Below are positions 61,266 to 64,000 of a DNA stretch of 64,000 bases, piece by piece. The position numbers were made by a program, and so were the translations under genes. The DNA comes from Fidelibacterota bacterium. Lineage in GTDB: Bacteria; Fidelibacterota; Marinisomatia; Marinisomatales; Marinisomataceae. The notes below the pieces were generated by a model. It was not told where the DNA came from, did no database searches, and saw nothing but the letters and a program-made list of their open reading frames with translations. Position 1 is the first letter of the stretch. Every line of letters starts with the position of its first letter. The stretch covers positions 5,596 to 69,595 of the forward strand of contig JADHQL010000003.1 in assembly GCA_016777965.1 (NCBI GenBank), given 5' to 3'.

Positions 61266-62187
61266 AACTATTAGGAATGAAATTAATAATGAGACAGCTT
61301 CATTATGTTTAATGAATGAATCTCTTAAAAAACATACTACGTATGGAATAGGCGGCCCAGCAGATTTGATGATTTTTCCTAAAAGTAAGCAGGATTTAAT
61401 TAAGGTAATTGAAATAATTAATGACAATAAAATTCAACTAACAATTCTTGGTTCAGGTTCAAATGTCCTTATTAGCGATAATGGAATAAGAGGTGCGGTC
61501 ATTTCTTTAAAAAATTCATTAAAACAAATAGAAGTTGATGGTAATATTCTTTACGCAGAATGTGGCACTATGCTCGGAAAAATTGTTAAACATGCAGTAA
61601 AAAATAATTTAATTGGTCTAGAAAATCTAAATGGAGTTCCAGGTACATTGGGTGGAGCTTTGATAATGAATGCTGGAGCTTGGGGTGGAGAAATTTCAGA
61701 AAACCTGATTCATGTTGAAGTAATAAATTCTAAAAGTGAAATTCAAAAAATTCAAAGGAAAGATTTAAATTTTTCCTACAGACAGTCTTCATTCAATAAA
61801 GATGATATATTATTATCAGCAAAATTCAATCTTAAAAAAGCAGATAAAGATATTATTAAAGAAAACTTTATTGAAGCTCAAAGCGGTAGAAAAAAATCTC
61901 AACCTTTGAACAAAAGATCAGCTGGAAGTTTATTTAAAAATCCTAAAAATAATTCAGCTGGAAAGCTTTTGGATAAGGCAGGTTTAAAGGGTTTGAGTAT
62001 TGGGGACGCTAAAATATCTGAAAAACATGCTAATTTTTTTATTAATGATGGAGATGCTTCATCAAGAGACATGCTAATGCTAATAAAAAAAGCACATAAA
62101 GCGGTGAAAGATAAATTTAATGTTAATCTCTCACTTGAAGTTAAGCTGATGGGTTTTAATGAAGATGAGATTGGGGGATTATGTTAA
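61258..62187 (+). CDS. murB: UDP-N-acetylenolpyruvoylglucosamine reductase
   Basis: GSGSN, PGTLGGA..MNAGA, SAGSLFKNP, HANF. Confidence 0.97.
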   Translation: MIETIRNEINNETASLCLMNESLKKHTTYGIGGPADLMIFPKSKQDLIKVIEIINDNKIQLTILGSGSNVLISDNGIRGAVISLKNSLKQIEVDGNILYAECGTMLGKIVKHAVKNNLIGLENLNGVPGTLGGALIMNAGAWGGEISENLIHVEVINSKSEIQKIQRKDLNFSYRQSSFNKDDILLSAKFNLKKADKDIIKENFIEAQSGRKKSQPLNKRSAGSLFKNPKNNSAGKLLDKAGLKGLSIGDAKISEKHANFFINDGDASSRDMLMLIKKAHKAVKDKFNVNLSLEVKLMGFNEDEIGGLC

Positions 62188-62924
62188 AACAATTTTATAG
62201 TTCTATATTAAGTATGACTGCATTTTTATTTTCTGTTATCGTGCTTTGTACATTTTCATTTAATTGGTCAAGCTTTAAGAAAATATACGATATAGATGAG
62301 ATAAATATTCATGGCACCAATTTTTTTGATCAATCAATAATTGAGAAAAAAAGCGATGTTTTAAAGTCATATAATATATTTGATAGAGAATTGGGAAATT
62401 ATAAAGATGAAATGTTAAAATTTGATCATATCATAGACTGTAAAATTTCAAGAAAGTTTCCTTCTACAATTGATATTACAATTTATGAGAGAGAACCTAT
62501 AGCACTAATAAGTAGTGACGAATTAATCATTTTAGATTCAGAGGGTGTATGTTTACCAGTAGAATACTGCGATTTATCTTTACCGATTTTAAGCAATTTT
62601 AAATCAAATCCTGAATTGTATCCTAAAGGATCAAAAACTGCATCTACCAATGTATTAAGTTCTATAAACCTTATGAAGTTTACTAAGGATAATCATTCAA
62701 TAATTTATGATAATATTTCTGAGTTTGTTTTTAATGAAGATAGTGAATATGAAATCATTTTAAAAAATGGTAAAACTAGAATATTTTTAGGATCTGAAAA
62801 TCTTCAATTGAAAATAAAATATTTAGAGTCTTTCCAAGAAGCTTTAAAAGAGGAAAAAAATATTACAGATTATAGATACATTGATTTGAGATTTAACAAC
62901 CAAGTAATTGTAAAAGAAGCATAA
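62181..62924 (+). CDS. ftsQ: cell division protein FtsQ/DivIB
   Basis: TM, POTRA (RKFPSTIDI.IYEREP), C-terminal YIDLRF. Confidence 0.88.
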   Translation: MLKQFYSSILSMTAFLFSVIVLCTFSFNWSSFKKIYDIDEINIHGTNFFDQSIIEKKSDVLKSYNIFDRELGNYKDEMLKFDHIIDCKISRKFPSTIDITIYEREPIALISSDELIILDSEGVCLPVEYCDLSLPILSNFKSNPELYPKGSKTASTNVLSSINLMKFTKDNHSIIYDNISEFVFNEDSEYEIILKNGKTRIFLGSENLQLKIKYLESFQEALKEEKNITDYRYIDLRFNNQVIVKEA

Positions 62925-64000
62925 TGAGAAACAAAATTCAAGTAGCATTTGACTTAGGGTCACATAGTATAAAAAGTGCTGTTGGCAGGATTCAACCTGA
63001 TGGTAAAATTGAGGTTTTATCTATTGCAGAAATTCAAAGTAAAAGCATTGATTGCGGAGATATCGTTGATAAAGATTTATTACTCTCACATCTTGAAATT
63101 CTGATAGAGAAAATGGAAAAAGATGCGAAAATCAATATTGATGAGGATGCCTGGGTATCAGTTTCTGGACGTGGAGTGAGATCTATAAATTCATCAACAA
63201 GAATTCGTTCTAGGGAAAATACAGACTTTGAAATTGATGAAGAAATAAAACAAAAACTACTAAATCAATGCTCCGATGTTCAAGTCTCATCCGATAGATA
63301 TGTTTTACATAACATAGAGCAAGGATATTATATTGGAAGTTCTCCATTAATTAGAAACCCTATAGGCATGGTTGGTAAGTCTATTGATGCTAAGGCCCAC
63401 GTCATCCATGTTCGAAATTTTAATCTTTCTCAATTAGATTACTGTTTTAATGAAGACTTAGGCATTGAACCTTTTCCAGTATTTGATGGATATGCTGCCT
63501 CGTCGTCAAATTTAACACATGATGAGAAAGAATTAGGTGTAATCTTTGTTGACATCGGATCTGATAAAACAAATATTTTAATTTTTAAAGATAATTATTT
63601 AATTCACTCTAAGGTTATTCCAATCGGATCTAGATTTGTAACAAAAGATTTAGCAGCATATCTTCAGACCTCGATTGCAGAGGCTGAAAGAGTAAAAATT
63701 GAAAATGTTTCTGCTTTTTCAGATTTTGCGGATGATTCAAAAGTTTTTGAGATACAAATTCCAAATGATGATTTAAAGAAAAATGTGAATGAAAAAGAAA
63801 TTTCAAAAATAGTTGAATTAAGATTTGAAGATGTCATTGATCAAATTGAGGTTCAATTAAAAAATATTGGAAAATCTATTACTGACTTTAAGTCGGGAAT
63901 TAAGCTTTCTGGAGGTGGATCTAAAATTCGAAATCTAGATTTGCTCTTTAAAAAACATTTTGCAGATATTCCTGTAGATCTAATGAAGATTACTAATATT
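62924..64000 (+). CDS. ftsA: cell division protein FtsA (runs off window end)
   Basis: Manual translation MRNKIQVAFDLGSHSIK..., NPIGM, VDIGS, AERVK, LSGGGS. Confidence 0.93.
   Translation, partial: MRNKIQVAFDLGSHSIKSAVGRIQPDGKIEVLSIAEIQSKSIDCGDIVDKDLLLSHLEILIEKMEKDAKINIDEDAWVSVSGRGVRSINSSTRIRSRENTDFEIDEEIKQKLLNQCSDVQVSSDRYVLHNIEQGYYIGSSPLIRNPIGMVGKSIDAKAHVIHVRNFNLSQLDYCFNEDLGIEPFPVFDGYAASSSNLTHDEKELGVIFVDIGSDKTNILIFKDNYLIHSKVIPIGSRFVTKDLAAYLQTSIAEAERVKIENVSAFSDFADDSKVFEIQIPNDDLKKNVNEKEISKIVELRFEDVIDQIEVQLKNIGKSITDFKSGIKLSGGGSKIRNLDLLFKKHFADIPVDLMKITNI

Noticed and set aside
1-64000. tRNA, rRNA, riboswitch, CRISPR array, IS element
   Set aside because: No spacer is much over 100 bp; no GC-rich structured segments, regular repeats or transposase motifs were seen by eye

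Overview
64 kb of strongly AT-rich, very compact bacterial chromosome. Most genes abut or overlap and no spacer exceeds about 100 bp. Gene order and protein types (type-2 IleRS, mitochondrial-type aconitase, archaeal-type PGI/PMI, YfhO glycosylation locus, yajC-def-fmt-PASTA) suggest a streamlined marine FCB-group bacterium such as Ca. Marinimicrobia/SAR406; this is inference only. The content is mostly housekeeping: holA (partial), ECF sigma/anti-sigma, a surface glycosylation locus, def/fmt/hflX, amino-acid symporters, pyrF/E, dsbD, degP, ileS-dksA-lspA-rluD-xerC-pckA, greA, the fab cluster, ndk-sucCD-pruA, gatB, aconitase and the dcw cluster. I saw no tRNA, rRNA, CRISPR array or IS element. 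Main oddities: (1) a DpnI-like (modification-dependent restriction nuclease) gene broken by frameshifts and coupled to a GNAT gene; (2) IleRS2 with non-canonical GVHH/EMHKS motifs; (3) a eukaryote-type phosphomannomutase in a run with PGI/PMI and a prenyl synthase; (4) ftsZ sitting between ftsI and murD where murE-murF-mraY normally lie; (5) repeated loss of Zn-binding cysteines; (6) TTGnnn-17-TAAnTT promoters directly upstream of start codons, suggesting leaderless mRNAs. All family calls are from motif recognition; no searches were run.
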